The notes under the pieces: model-generated | Database searches by the model: none | Told to the model about the DNA's origin: nothing | Seen by the model: the letters and a program-made list of their open reading frames with translations, nothing else | Origin: an uncultured Sphingobacteriales bacterium | GTDB taxonomy: Bacteria; Bacteroidota; Bacteroidia; CAILMK01; CAYYUA01 | DNA length: 64,000 nucleotides | NCBI GenBank assembly: GCA_964542585.1 | Contig: CAZIUI010000001.1 | Span: 185,562 to 249,561, forward strand | Direction of reading: 5' to 3' | In this document: piece by piece, positions 39,562 through 49,994 of the stretch | How positions within the stretch are numbered: position 1 is the first letter of the stretch | Layout: every line of letters begins with the position of its first letter | Position numbers and translations under genes: made by a program

Positions 39562-40494
39562 ATGAAAATGATCAATTTCTTCTGGGGGGTTATGTTCATC
39601 CTTTTGGGGATCCTATTCTTCTTAGCCAATTTTAACTTGATTGAAGTTCAATGGGGCATCATTTTCAGTTTGTGGCCTTTTTTGATCATTCTTTTAGGGA
39701 TTTATTTCTTACCAGGAAAATTACATGTAATAAGCACCCTTGCTCTTACTATGGTGCTGTCCGGGGTGATGATCTATGCCGTTGAGTGGAACCGCTTACT
39801 GGGATCAATGAAAATGCCTAACCTCACGGCTGAAGCGCCTACAAAACCACTAGACGAATTTGATTATGAAGCGTTTAGCTCCAAGCTTACCACCACATTG
39901 GATCAAAACTTTGATTTTGCCAAATTTTCGCTTAAATCTACAAGGGGCCGCTATCGTGTAAAAACGACTAGTGACCAATTATTTAATCTTAAAGCCTCCA
40001 ATACGTCATTTCAAAGTTTTAACCTTAATCAATCCAGTAATGAGGACACTGGTTCAGTTGAAGTAAAACTTTCCCAAGTAGCCAATAGCTCTGTACAAGG
40101 TGAACCGATGGTTCTGGCCTTTGATCAAAGACCAGTTTGGGACATTAGCCTTGATATCGACAGTACCGTTACTGACCTGAACTTAAAGCCTTTTAAGCTT
40201 GAACGCTTGCAGCTAAAGGCAACGGAAGCAGATGTAAAATTACAATTAGGTAAACGGTATGAACAGCAGGAAATAACCATTGATGCAAGCGGCAGTAAGC
40301 TCTTCATACAACTCCCTCAACAAGTAGGAGCAGAAATGATCACCGAGGAGTCCTTACCGGTAAATATTAATATGCAGGGATTCCAGAAAAAAGCAAACCA
40401 TACCTATGAAACGGCTAATTATCCCATTGCGAATAAACAAATACGGTTAAGAATTGAGAGCAAGCCTCAAAAAATGGTCATTAAGCGTCAATAA
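39562..40494 (+). CDS. LiaF/DUF5668-like membrane protein with beta-rich extracytoplasmic domain
   Basis: FWGVMFILLGILFFL...LWPFLIILLG, followed by a soluble beta-strand-rich region. Confidence 0.72.
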   Translation: MKMINFFWGVMFILLGILFFLANFNLIEVQWGIIFSLWPFLIILLGIYFLPGKLHVISTLALTMVLSGVMIYAVEWNRLLGSMKMPNLTAEAPTKPLDEFDYEAFSSKLTTTLDQNFDFAKFSLKSTRGRYRVKTTSDQLFNLKASNTSFQSFNLNQSSNEDTGSVEVKLSQVANSSVQGEPMVLAFDQRPVWDISLDIDSTVTDLNLKPFKLERLQLKATEADVKLQLGKRYEQQEITIDASGSKLFIQLPQQVGAEMITEESLPVNINMQGFQKKANHTYETANYPIANKQIRLRIESKPQKMVIKRQ

Positions 40495-40699
40495 GCTTAA
40501 ACGAATTAGGCTACTTTCTCATACTTCAAAGTCTGATGGGAAGCAGGTAAACAAAAGTGTTTTTATTGGTAAGTTTACAGGTTGGGGAATCAGTATTAAG
40601 CTTCAGTCGTTTTTAATAGCCCGAAGATTAGCAATAATCACCATATTACTTAATCTAGCCACACGTGGGTATTTTGTGGCTCAAGCGTTTATCTTTTTG

Positions 40700-40707
40700 T
40701 ATTTTTG
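40700..40707 (+). promoter_or_regulatory. -7 promoter element (TATTTTTG) for the DEAD-box helicase gene
   Basis: TAnnTTTG 29 nt before ATG 40737. Confidence 0.55.
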
Positions 40708-40736
40708 CACTTTTAATTAATTACGAATTATAACCA

Positions 40737-42368
40737 ATGAGCAACGAATTTGAAGAATTGGGTTTATCGCCCGATTTATTAAGCGCTATTGAAGTACTAG
40801 GATTTGAAAAGCCAACCACGATTCAGCATAAAGCCATTCCATTTATACTGAACCAAAGCGGGGACCTTATAGGCCTTGCCCAAACAGGAACGGGTAAAAC
40901 GGCAGCTTTTGGATTACCTCTTTTGCAAAATTTGAGGCCATCAAAAAATCCGCAGACCCTAATCTTGTGCCCCACCCGGGAGCTATGTTTGCAAATAAAC
41001 CGGGATTTACAACAGTACAGCCAAAACCTATCATCCTTGGGAATTACCCCTATTTATGGTGGTACTGCTGTTGGCAACCAGATAAAAGCCCTCAAAAAAG
41101 GGAGTTCAATTGTAGTCGGGACGCCTGGTCGTGTACTTGATCTGGTCAACCGTGGGGTTTTAAAACTATCGGATATTCAATGGACGGTCCTGGATGAGGC
41201 AGATGAAATGCTTTCCATGGGTTTCAAAGAGGAACTGGACGCCATCTTGGCCAATACTCCCTCATACAAAAGAACCCTCCTTTTCTCTGCCACTATGCCG
41301 AAGGGCATCCGCCGTATTGCCAATCAGTACATGAACAACCCCGAGGAGTTGGTAGCTGGTGAGCGAAATCAGGGGAATGCTAACGTCAAACATCAATATG
41401 CCATGGTTCAGGACCGGGACCGCTACGAAGCTTTGACCCGCTTCATAGACGAAGCTCGTGAAATGTATAGCATTGTGTTCTGCCGCACGAAAAATGAAAC
41501 CCGGGAAGTAGCTGATTGGCTACGTTCTGACCTTTATGAGGCAGAAGCGCTGAATGGAGACCTTTCCCAATACCAACGTGATCTCGTCATGGATCGGTTT
41601 CGGAAAAAGCAAGTAAAACTATTAGTGGCAACCGATGTCGCAGCTCGCGGGATTGACGTTGAAAACCTTACCCATATTATCCATTACAACTTACCTGAGG
41701 ATCCGGAGAATTATCTTCACAGGAGTGGCAGGACTGGTAGGGCTGGTAAAGAGGGTATCGCTATAACCTTAGTAGCACCAAAAGAGCAATACCAGCTAAA
41801 AGCTGTAGAAAAGCAACTCGGACAAGCTATTGAGCGAACCCAAGTACCCAGTGGCCAAGCAGTATTTGGTGAACGGTTACAGCGTTTTTTAAATCAGGTT
41901 TCTGAATCCGCTGAAGAAAATCCATCAACCCTCTTAGAGGAACAATGGAATACGATTCAAGACCTAGTCGGAAATCTTTCCCATGAAGAACTAACCAAAG
42001 GGTTTTTGGCAGCAACTTTTGGGGAGCAACTTGATAGCTATAGTAACGCCCGGGACTTAAACGCCAAAAGCCGAGTTAGTAATAAGAAACCGGCCCGAAA
42101 CCCAAGTACGCGGAGGGGCGCATCCGGTTATACACGCCTGTTCATGAACCTCGGAAAGCAGGATCAACTTACGAAAAAAGACCTCATTGATCTCGTGAAT
42201 AAAGAGTTTCCAAGGGATAAAGTGGCCATTGGGGATATTCAAGTCCTTGAAAAAATCGCCTTTTTTGAAATTGATCAGCAGTATGAAGATGCCATTCGCA
42301 AAGCGCTTCATGACAAAGAATACAATGGCAGACGCTTCAATATAGAGCTTGCTTACGAGAAATCTTGA
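40737..42368 (+). CDS. DEAD-box RNA helicase with C-terminal DbpA-type RNA-binding domain
   Basis: Q motif, AQTGTGKT, PTREL, DEAD, SAT, HRSGRTGRAG, C-terminal RLFMNLGKQD domain. Confidence 0.95.
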   Translation: MSNEFEELGLSPDLLSAIEVLGFEKPTTIQHKAIPFILNQSGDLIGLAQTGTGKTAAFGLPLLQNLRPSKNPQTLILCPTRELCLQINRDLQQYSQNLSSLGITPIYGGTAVGNQIKALKKGSSIVVGTPGRVLDLVNRGVLKLSDIQWTVLDEADEMLSMGFKEELDAILANTPSYKRTLLFSATMPKGIRRIANQYMNNPEELVAGERNQGNANVKHQYAMVQDRDRYEALTRFIDEAREMYSIVFCRTKNETREVADWLRSDLYEAEALNGDLSQYQRDLVMDRFRKKQVKLLVATDVAARGIDVENLTHIIHYNLPEDPENYLHRSGRTGRAGKEGIAITLVAPKEQYQLKAVEKQLGQAIERTQVPSGQAVFGERLQRFLNQVSESAEENPSTLLEEQWNTIQDLVGNLSHEELTKGFLAATFGEQLDSYSNARDLNAKSRVSNKKPARNPSTRRGASGYTRLFMNLGKQDQLTKKDLIDLVNKEFPRDKVAIGDIQVLEKIAFFEIDQQYEDAIRKALHDKEYNGRRFNIELAYEKS

Positions 42369-42454
42369 TGGATTTTTAACCTCACCTCGTTAAAAACCCT
42401 GATCATTAGAATCACCTAAAGCGTAGTATTTTAGGGTTTCGACTACAGGTTTGA

Positions 42455-42462
42455 TACTTTTG
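42455..42462 (+). promoter_or_regulatory. -7 promoter element (TACTTTTG) for the YbjN-like gene
   Basis: TAnnTTTG 23 nt before ATG 42486. Confidence 0.5.
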
Positions 42463-42485
42463 AGTGTAAAAGCTAACCTAATAAA

Positions 42486-42917
42486 ATGGAAGATCTAACA
42501 CCTTATTACCAAATTGTGGAAGACGGTATCAACCAATTAGGGGTAGATGCTGCGGAAGCTAGAGGGGAAAAAGATGGCGAATGGAACCTTAAACGCGGAA
42601 CGGCCAGCGTTTGGATTGATCTGTGGTATATCGAGGAAGAACAAGGAGCCTATTTTCAGGTCATGTCCCCGATTATGACCCTGCCAGAGGATGAAACTAA
42701 TTGCAATAGCCTTGCTTTAGAATTGCTAAAATTAAACAACACCCTTTTTGGCGTAGCATTTGTCGTACATGAAGATGGTGTTTACCTTAAAAATATTAGA
42801 GAGGTTGAAGAACTGGATCCAAGTGAAGTGGTTTACATGATAGGAAGGTGTGGCAACTACGGTGATAGCTATAATGATGAACTGGTAAAAAAATTTGGCG
42901 GTAGAAGAATAGAGTAA
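42486..42917 (+). CDS. YbjN / T3SS-chaperone-fold protein
   Basis: Acidic 143-aa protein, WNLKRGTASVWI, ELLKLN, ends DELVKKFGG. Confidence 0.7.
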   Translation: MEDLTPYYQIVEDGINQLGVDAAEARGEKDGEWNLKRGTASVWIDLWYIEEEQGAYFQVMSPIMTLPEDETNCNSLALELLKLNNTLFGVAFVVHEDGVYLKNIREVEELDPSEVVYMIGRCGNYGDSYNDELVKKFGGRRIE

Positions 42918-43000
42918 AACCAAAAAAGAGCAAGCTTATGAGACCACAGATGACCAGGTTTCATGAAGCAAAGGAAGTACTCACTCAAAATCAGAATATT

Positions 43001-43240
43001 ATGGCAAACAATGCAAACATTCCTCAAAAAGCACCTTTTGTAATGGAACTGGATCCGGGTAATTATGCCTGGTGCCAGTGTGGGAACAGTAACAATCAGC
43101 CTTTCTGCGATGGATCCCACAAAAACACAGGTTTTTCACCGATAACTTTTAAAATATCGGAAAAACAGAAGGTAGCCCTCTGCGGCTGTAAACAATCCGG
43201 TAATGCACCCTATTGTGATGGGACACATACCACTCTTTAA
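43001..43240 (+). CDS. CDGSH iron-sulfur protein with two motifs (CISD3/MiNT-like)
   Basis: WCQCGNSNNQPFCDGSH and LCGCKQSGNAPYCDGTH; start set to ATG 43001. Confidence 0.93.
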   Translation: MANNANIPQKAPFVMELDPGNYAWCQCGNSNNQPFCDGSHKNTGFSPITFKISEKQKVALCGCKQSGNAPYCDGTHTTL

Positions 43241-43263
43241 AAATTCAAGTTTTAAAATCGGAT

Positions 43264-43300
43264 AAAGGCACTTCACTTTATTTAGGGAGGTGCCTTTTTT
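43264..43300 (+). terminator. Intrinsic terminator
   Basis: AAAGGCACTTC...GGAGGTGCCTTT hairpin followed by a T run, after the CDGSH gene. Confidence 0.75.
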
Positions 43301-43306
43301 ATTAAT

Positions 43307-43741
43307 ATGCATATCCTGTTGCTTAACGGGCCAAACCTCAACCTTTTAGGAAATCGTGAAGTAGAATATTACGGTTCTACAAATTTTGAAGAATACCTGC
43401 CTTATCTTAAAAACCGTTTTGCTCAAACGAAAATTACTTACGAGCAAACGAACCACGAAGGTGTTCTAGTGGATCGAATCCAAGAAGCTTCAGCCTACTC
43501 CAATGGTATTGTCCTCAATGCCGGCGCTTATACCCACACATCCATTGCCCTCAGGGATGCCATTAGTAGTGTTAAAATCCCTGTAATAGAAGTTCACTTA
43601 TCCAATATCCTTGCTAGGGAGTCCTTTCGTGCTCTTTCATACCTGGCACCTGTTTGTTCAGGTACCATTACAGGCTTTGGCCTTTACAGCTATGATTTAG
43701 CTATTCAATCACTGATAGATCAGAGCGCACCCAGCGAATAA
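43307..43741 (+). CDS. aroQ: Type II 3-dehydroquinate dehydratase
   Basis: LNGPNLNLLGNRE..YG, NHEG, NAGAYTHTSIALRDA, EVHLSN. Confidence 0.96.
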   Translation: MHILLLNGPNLNLLGNREVEYYGSTNFEEYLPYLKNRFAQTKITYEQTNHEGVLVDRIQEASAYSNGIVLNAGAYTHTSIALRDAISSVKIPVIEVHLSNILARESFRALSYLAPVCSGTITGFGLYSYDLAIQSLIDQSAPSE

Positions 43742-44367
43742 CGTAAGCCAAATTTGATCACAAAGTTGGCCGGACGGTTACTGATATCCGAGGCACGACT
43801 GGACCTACCACTTCTGACAGTGATTTTACCTTGATCAATTGGTAGTAAAGAATAGTTGACTTTCGCAGTTGCTGAAAACCGATCTGAAAATTCATAACAA
43901 ATGCCTAAAATCCCGTTTGCAGATACCTCGCGCAATTCAGTTGGTTTACTGGAAGCTGGCACAGTTTCAATGCTCAAAAGATATTCAGGGGAAATGCCTC
44001 CTTGTAATTTAAGTTTTGATTTGATAGTATATTCAAGCATAAGGGGAAGCTCAAAATAATTTAGCGTTATTTTTTCCCACAAGTTATTGATGCTAGGATC
44101 CCTTATCTCATGACCAGTAGCTTTACTGCCCTTCTTAACATACAATATTTGAATAGTTAAATCAAGTTTGTCTTTCAGGGGATAGCTCACCGACGGACCA
44201 CCATAAAAGCCCCATTTGTTAAACCCACTAATAGCGTCTCCAGCAATTTGGGATGTGGTGACACCACCAACTAACCCACCTTTAAATGATTGCCCTGATG
44301 CCTCTCTGGGCATCAAAAGGCTTAAACCCACCAAAAAAGTTATAACTAAAGGAAAGGGGTATTTCAT
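43720..44367 (-). CDS. Outer membrane beta-barrel protein (PorT-like porin family)
   Basis: Signal peptide, GFYGG, YVKKG, LNYFELPL, C-terminal FGLRY strand. Confidence 0.78.
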   Translation of the reverse strand: MKYPFPLVITFLVGLSLLMPREASGQSFKGGLVGGVTTSQIAGDAISGFNKWGFYGGPSVSYPLKDKLDLTIQILYVKKGSKATGHEIRDPSINNLWEKITLNYFELPLMLEYTIKSKLKLQGGISPEYLLSIETVPASSKPTELREVSANGILGICYEFSDRFSATAKVNYSLLPIDQGKITVRSGRSSRASDISNRPANFVIKFGLRYSLGAL

Positions 44368-44397
44368 AAAGCAAGCTTTTCTTTACTTTTATTAAAT

Positions 44398-45852
44398 TTA
44401 AAAATCATCGTCTACAGGCCTTACCAGTAATCTGTTTTTAAGGTCCTTTAAGACCTTAACAGGGGTGCCTTGTTCTATAAATTCTCCTTCGGATACTGCA
44501 TCATACATATTTTCATTGAGCCAAATTTTCCCAGATGGTGAAAGTTCTGTATGGGCAGTAGCAGTTTGACCCACTAATGAGGAAGGTCGGCTTTTTTCTG
44601 GGGCATTGGAACTGGTTTCGGTAATCTCGGGCTGTTGGTCCAAGGTATGATCATCATCGGAATTACTAAGGGTTGTTTGGAGTACCATCCTTTGAAAAGC
44701 CCTGGAATTGAAAAAAGGCTTACCAAACAATAGCACAAGCAAAGTAAAACCACCAATTGCCCCCAGAACGGTTAGTATTGCTTGTAAAACTTGGTCAATA
44801 CGGGTAAAGCGGAAATCAAAATAATCATTCTGGAGCATCGTAAGCACTAAAGAAGAAAACACTAACAGCAACCCCCCTAAACCAGTCACACCAAAACCCG
44901 GGATCACAAAAACCTCTACTCCTATAAGGATCACACCTATGACAAAAAGGGCAATTTCCCAATATGCCGCTAAAGCCTCTACGTACAATGGCGCAAAATA
45001 AAGGATGGCTCCAGCAATAGAGAGTGCTATTGGAAAACCCAATCCCGGGGATTGAAGCTCAAAATATAAGCCACCAAGCATAAGCAGGATCAAAAAGCTA
45101 CTTACCGCAGGACTGATCAGAAATTGGATAAGTTGATCTGTTAAAGAAAGCTCAGGCTGCACTACTTGGTAGTTAACCAGCCCCTCTTTTTTAAGCACAG
45201 CTTTTACAGAATTGGCTTTTCCGTCACAAAATTTATACTTAATGGCCTCAGGCCTCGTAAAAGTTAGCAGCTCACCTTTTGGAGCTATACCTTCAACATC
45301 AATACTAGCATCCACCATGGCCTCCGCAATTTTAGGATCCCGACCATTGGCCTGTGCTGTGGCTCTCATCGTACCACGCATGTATGATTGGTACTTTTCG
45401 GGCGCCTTCTCCCCCTGTTGATTGACTACAGTTGCTGCGCCCATCGTTGCTGAAGAGGTCATGTAAATTTTGTCGCAAGCAATTGAGATCAAGGCCCCGG
45501 CGGATGCTGCATTGGGATCGATAAACACAAATACCGGGGATGAAGCCCCCAATAGGGCTGATCGAATGCTATCAGCCTCAGCAACCCGTCCTCCATAAGT
45601 ATTCAGGTGAAGCAGGATATAATCAGCGGCTTTTTTTTCCGCTAAATCCAAGGCCTGTTGGGTTTTTCGCCAGGCACTGGGACCAATTTTTTCTTTGATA
45701 GAAAAGCGGACAACCGTGCTGTCAGACTTGGTAGCCTTTTCAGCAGTAGTATCGGTTTTAGAAGGCTGCCCATAGAGGGTAGCTAATCCTAGAAGCCAAC
45801 AACCAAGAATAAATATGCTGATGCGCATGCTCAATAAAAGTCGTTTAGCCAT
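44398..45852 (-). CDS. NfeD long-form membrane-bound serine protease (ClpP class)
   Basis: LNTYGG, NAASAGALISIACD, EKYQSYM, IAEAMVD, TM bundle with PGFGVTG, C-terminal OB fold (LSPSGK...DAVSEGEFI). Confidence 0.9.
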   Translation of the reverse strand: MAKRLLLSMRISIFILGCWLLGLATLYGQPSKTDTTAEKATKSDSTVVRFSIKEKIGPSAWRKTQQALDLAEKKAADYILLHLNTYGGRVAEADSIRSALLGASSPVFVFIDPNAASAGALISIACDKIYMTSSATMGAATVVNQQGEKAPEKYQSYMRGTMRATAQANGRDPKIAEAMVDASIDVEGIAPKGELLTFTRPEAIKYKFCDGKANSVKAVLKKEGLVNYQVVQPELSLTDQLIQFLISPAVSSFLILLMLGGLYFELQSPGLGFPIALSIAGAILYFAPLYVEALAAYWEIALFVIGVILIGVEVFVIPGFGVTGLGGLLLVFSSLVLTMLQNDYFDFRFTRIDQVLQAILTVLGAIGGFTLLVLLFGKPFFNSRAFQRMVLQTTLSNSDDDHTLDQQPEITETSSNAPEKSRPSSLVGQTATAHTELSPSGKIWLNENMYDAVSEGEFIEQGTPVKVLKDLKNRLLVRPVDDDF

Positions 45853-45916
45853 CGAAATTAAGCAATTACAGTGGCCTTAAACATTTAAATGCTTTTCTGC
45901 TGGGAAAGGTTTTGGC

Positions 45917-45924
45917 TATTTTTG
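45917..45924 (+). promoter_or_regulatory. -7 promoter element (TATTTTTG) for lolD-glyQS
   Basis: TAnnTTTG 22 nt before TTG 45947. Confidence 0.55.
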
Positions 45925-45946
45925 CTTACTTAAATAAGCAATTGTT

Positions 45947-46636
45947 TTGATCCAAGCTACGAATGTACATAAGAGCTACGGCAGCCTTAAAGTGCTCAGG
46001 AATGTAAATTTCACCGTATCCGAAGGCGAAGTTGTCTCTATTACTGGTCCTTCAGGCGCGGGAAAAACAACTTTGCTGCAAGTTATTGGAACGTTGGATC
46101 AGCCAGATGAAGGATCAATTCAGGTCGGAAAGCAATTGTTGTCAACCCTTAAAGGAAAGCACCTATCCGATTTTCGTAACCGTTCCATTGGTTTCATTTT
46201 TCAATTCCATCACCTCCTACCGGAATTTAATGCCCTGGAAAATGTGGCAATGCCGGCTTTTTTAGCTGGAAGTACCAGGAAAGCAGGTTTCCAGCGGGCA
46301 GAGGAGCTATTAACCTACATGGGCCTGGGCCACCGGCTACATCATAAACCTTCCACGCTTTCAGGGGGCGAGCAACAGCGAGTGGCTGTCGCTCGGGCGC
46401 TCACCAATAACCCCTCAGTGATCCTGGCTGATGAACCTTCCGGTAATCTTGATACACAGAATGCCGAGGATCTGCACAGGCTATTTTTTCAATTGAGATC
46501 AGAACTTGGACAAACCTTCGTTATTGTTACCCACAATGAGGCACTTGCTGCCATGGCCGATCGGAAACTTCACATGCTGGATGGCCAGTTTCAGACAGCT
46601 GCCACCTCTTACAACATTGAATATGGGTCGCAATAA
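45947..46636 (+). CDS. lolD: Lipoprotein-releasing ABC transporter ATPase, LolD-like
   Basis: [28 protein letters not shown] LolD motif, [21 protein letters not shown]. Confidence 0.85.
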   Translation: MIQATNVHKSYGSLKVLRNVNFTVSEGEVVSITGPSGAGKTTLLQVIGTLDQPDEGSIQVGKQLLSTLKGKHLSDFRNRSIGFIFQFHHLLPEFNALENVAMPAFLAGSTRKAGFQRAEELLTYMGLGHRLHHKPSTLSGGEQQRVAVARALTNNPSVILADEPSGNLDTQNAEDLHRLFFQLRSELGQTFVIVTHNEALAAMADRKLHMLDGQFQTAATSYNIEYGSQ

Positions 46637-46675
46637 GCACTTTTTTAATTCAAAAAGCCCTTTAATTAGTGTATT

Positions 46676-48247
46676 ATGGCATCGGAACCTGCTCTAAAAC
46701 AGTTGATTGCCCACAGTAAGGAATATGGTTTTTTATTTCAATCCAGCCAGATCTATGACGGGCTTAGTGCGGTGTATGATTACGGGCCTTACGGCATTGA
46801 GTTAAAACGAAACCTCCGCGAATATTGGTGGCAGGCCATGGTGCAGATGCAGGAAGACATGGTAGGTCTTGAATCTGCTATCCTTATGCATCCCCGAACA
46901 TGGGAAGCATCAGGCCATTTGGAGCAGTTCAATGATCCCATGATTGATAACAAGGATTCCAAGAAGCGTTACCGGGCTGATAACCTTATCGAGGACCATA
47001 TTGAAAAACTTCAAGGTAAAATTGATAAAGAAATCAATAAAGCGGCCCGTAAGTTTGGAGATGACTTTGACGAAGCTCACTTCAAAGCCACTAACCCGCA
47101 GGTTCAGCGTTATCACCAGCGCCTCAACAACCTAAATAGTCGCTTCTCCAATGCTATGGAAAGCAATAACTTGCAAGAGCTAAAAGCAATTATTGAGGAT
47201 TATGAGATCATTGACCCGGTAAGCGGAACGAAAAACTGGACAGACGTACGGCAATTTAACCTGATGTTCGAAACCAAAGTTGGTGCGTCTGCAGCTGATT
47301 CAGAGAGCCTTTACTTAAGACCAGAAACGGCACAGGGGATCTACGTGAATTTCCTAAACGTCCAGAAAACTACGCGTAAAAATATCCCTTTTGGCATTGC
47401 CCAAATCGGAAAAAGTTTCAGGAACGAGATCGTTGCGGGGCAGTTTATCTTCAGAACCCGGGAGTTTGAGCAGATGGAAATGCAGTTTTTTGTACCACCA
47501 GGTGAAGAAATGGAATGGTATGAAGAATGGAAACAGCGTAGAATGGCGTGGTACCAAGCGCTTGGTTTTTCGCGGGCGGAAATAACGCTTAGCCCCCATG
47601 ATCAATTAGCTCATTATGCCAATGCAGCTATTGACATCGAGTATGAGTACCCTTTTGGGTTAAAAGAAATGGAGGGGATTCACTCACGTACAGACTTTGA
47701 TCTTTCCCGCCATCAAGCTTATTCCGGTAAGAAACTCCAATATTATGATCCGGATAGACAAGAGCACTACATTCCCTACGTTGTTGAAACGGCACTTGGC
47801 CTGGACCGCTTGGTGTTGGCGATGCTTGCCAAAGCTTACGAAGTAGAAGCAATGGAAGATGGGAACAGCCGAGAGGTTCTGCATCTTCCAGCACCCATTG
47901 CACCGGTGAAAGTTGCCATTCTACCGCTGGTTCGCAAAGACGGCTTACCCGGAATTGCGCGTAACATCTACCAAGAGCTGAAATATCATTTTAATTGCCA
48001 CTACGAGGAGAAAGATGCCATTGGGAAGCGATACCGGCGTATGGACGCCATCGGCACGCCCTACTGCTTAACAATTGATCATCAAACCCAGGAAGATAAC
48101 ACCGTAACCCTGCGCTACCGCGATAGCATGCAGCAGAAAAGGGTTCACATTGATGACCTGCTCAAGGAAATGCAACACTTGGTTCAACTAGAGACCTTGG
48201 TAAAAGCCTATGAGCAGAACCTTAAGACGGTTAAACAAAGCGAATAA
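46676..48247 (+). CDS. glyQS: Glycine--tRNA ligase, alpha2 type
   Basis: YDYGPYG, YLRPETAQGIY, FRNEI..FIFRTREFEQMEMQ, HSRTDFDL, IGKRYRRMDAIGTP anticodon domain. Confidence 0.96.
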   Translation: MASEPALKQLIAHSKEYGFLFQSSQIYDGLSAVYDYGPYGIELKRNLREYWWQAMVQMQEDMVGLESAILMHPRTWEASGHLEQFNDPMIDNKDSKKRYRADNLIEDHIEKLQGKIDKEINKAARKFGDDFDEAHFKATNPQVQRYHQRLNNLNSRFSNAMESNNLQELKAIIEDYEIIDPVSGTKNWTDVRQFNLMFETKVGASAADSESLYLRPETAQGIYVNFLNVQKTTRKNIPFGIAQIGKSFRNEIVAGQFIFRTREFEQMEMQFFVPPGEEMEWYEEWKQRRMAWYQALGFSRAEITLSPHDQLAHYANAAIDIEYEYPFGLKEMEGIHSRTDFDLSRHQAYSGKKLQYYDPDRQEHYIPYVVETALGLDRLVLAMLAKAYEVEAMEDGNSREVLHLPAPIAPVKVAILPLVRKDGLPGIARNIYQELKYHFNCHYEEKDAIGKRYRRMDAIGTPYCLTIDHQTQEDNTVTLRYRDSMQQKRVHIDDLLKEMQHLVQLETLVKAYEQNLKTVKQSE

Positions 48248-48286
48248 ATAGCCCGGAACTCTATGTAAAGTACTGGGCTAGGCGTG

Positions 48287-49066
48287 TTACTTTACTTCAA
48301 TCAGCTGAACGGTAAAGATCAGCACTTGATTGGGGCCGATTTTCGCTCCAGCGCCACTCTTACCATACCCCAGGCGAGGTGGAATATAAAACATGTACTT
48401 ACTGCCCGGTTTCATGAGTTGTAAACCTTCTTGCCAACCTTTAATGACCTCTTTAACAGCGAAAGAAGCCGGGGAACCCCGCTTGTAAGAGTTATCGAAA
48501 ACGGTACCATCTTTTAGCTTCCCTTTGTAGTGAACTTTAACTTTATCTTTAGGCCCAGGAGATTGACCTTCGCCCTTTTCTAAGACCCGGTATTGCAATC
48601 CACTAGAGGTTCTTTGAACACCATCTTTTTGAAGGTTATGCTTTAAAAAGGCGCGGCTTTCCTCTAGATTTTCTTCAGCCCTCGATTGGTCTGTCTTTGC
48701 TTCTTGCTTTTCCTGGACATCCTCATTCTTACGCTCCTGTCTTTCCTTGTAACGATTCATGAACTGGGTAGCCTTCCTTTTATCCAGCTTACGATTGGAG
48801 TCAATTACCACATCCTTTATGGCCTGTAGGATCATCGTGTCATTTGAATTATACTCGTCTTTAAATTCTTTTACTTCCCTGGATAGTTGCAAGCCATAAA
48901 TGTAGCTAACTGTATCTTTAACACTTTTCATTTCAGCACTACTAATGTCCGAATTGTTCTTAGGTGCTGACTGGAAAAGGCTACAGCCGGAAAAATTGAA
49001 TACTAAAGCAAGGACTAAAAAAGTACGCAAAAGCCGTTTTGAAGCATTTATTACCATTGGACTCAC
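48287..49066 (-). CDS. FKBP-type peptidyl-prolyl isomerase lipoprotein (FklB/Mip-like)
   Basis: Lipobox FSGC, SYIYG, SGLQYRVL, VHYKG...FDNSYKRG, VIKGWQEGL, YIPPRLGYG. Confidence 0.93.
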   Translation of the reverse strand: MSPMVINASKRLLRTFLVLALVFNFSGCSLFQSAPKNNSDISSAEMKSVKDTVSYIYGLQLSREVKEFKDEYNSNDTMILQAIKDVVIDSNRKLDKRKATQFMNRYKERQERKNEDVQEKQEAKTDQSRAEENLEESRAFLKHNLQKDGVQRTSSGLQYRVLEKGEGQSPGPKDKVKVHYKGKLKDGTVFDNSYKRGSPASFAVKEVIKGWQEGLQLMKPGSKYMFYIPPRLGYGKSGAGAKIGPNQVLIFTVQLIEVK

Positions 49067-49075
49067 TTTTAGTTT

Positions 49076-49939
49076 TTACGCGTGAATAAGGTTGTAAAGG
49101 TAATGGCCATAGCCGCTTTTAAGAAGTGGTTGGGCCAATTTTTCCAGCTTTTCAGCAGATATGAAACCTTGCTGGTATGCGACTTCCTCAATGCAGCCAA
49201 TTTTCAAGCCTTGTCTGGCTTCAACCACACTTACAAACTGGCTAGCCTGCATGAATGACTCAAATGTCCCCGTATCCAGCCAGGCTGTTCCTCTTTTCAT
49301 GATCTCCACATTCAGGTTCCCTTTTTCTAGATAAGCGTGATTGACATCGGTAATTTCATATTCACCGCGGTTAGAGGGTTTCAAGCCTTTAGCAATGTCC
49401 ACAACCTGATGGTCGTAAAAATAAAGCCCTGGAATAGCGTAATTGGATTGGGGCTTGGTTGGCTTCTCTTGTATTGAAATAGCCCTTTGATCCTTATCAA
49501 AATTTACTACGCCATATCTTTCAGGTTGAGAAACGTGATAAGCAAAAATCAGGGCGCCTTGCGGTTTGTTAATATTAGCAAGTGTTCGTTCAAAATCCAA
49601 ACCGAAAAAAATGTTGTCGCCCAGGATCAAAGCCACCGAATCGGAACCTATGAATTCAGCGCCAATCGTAAAAGCCTCAGCTAGTCCCGTGGGTTCCGCT
49701 TGCTCCGCATAAGAAAAAGAACAGCCCAGGTGCTCGCCATCGCCTAACAAATGTTGAAAATGAGGTAGATCTTTAGGGGTAGAAATGATCAGGATCTCTT
49801 GAATTCCCGCTGTCATGAGGGTAGCTAACGGGTAATAAATCATGGGCTTGTCAAAAATCGGCATGAGCTGCTTGCTCATCGCTAGGGTGACGGGGTGTAA
49901 ACGCGTACCGGAACCACCGGCCAGGATAATACCTTTCAT
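49076..49939 (-). CDS. rfbA: Glucose-1-phosphate thymidylyltransferase
   Basis: [37 protein letters not shown]. Confidence 0.96.
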   Translation of the reverse strand: MKGIILAGGSGTRLHPVTLAMSKQLMPIFDKPMIYYPLATLMTAGIQEILIISTPKDLPHFQHLLGDGEHLGCSFSYAEQAEPTGLAEAFTIGAEFIGSDSVALILGDNIFFGLDFERTLANINKPQGALIFAYHVSQPERYGVVNFDKDQRAISIQEKPTKPQSNYAIPGLYFYDHQVVDIAKGLKPSNRGEYEITDVNHAYLEKGNLNVEIMKRGTAWLDTGTFESFMQASQFVSVVEARQGLKIGCIEEVAYQQGFISAEKLEKLAQPLLKSGYGHYLYNLIHA

Positions 49940-49994
49940 TGCGCTAGTTGTTAAAGGGAAAATCGAAAGCTAAAAAACAATATTCCTTTCCGTT

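Noticed and set aside
40454-40720. 88-aa ORF before the DEAD-box helicase gene
   Set aside because: It has a TTG start inside the upstream gene, runs through the helicase promoter and has no family features.
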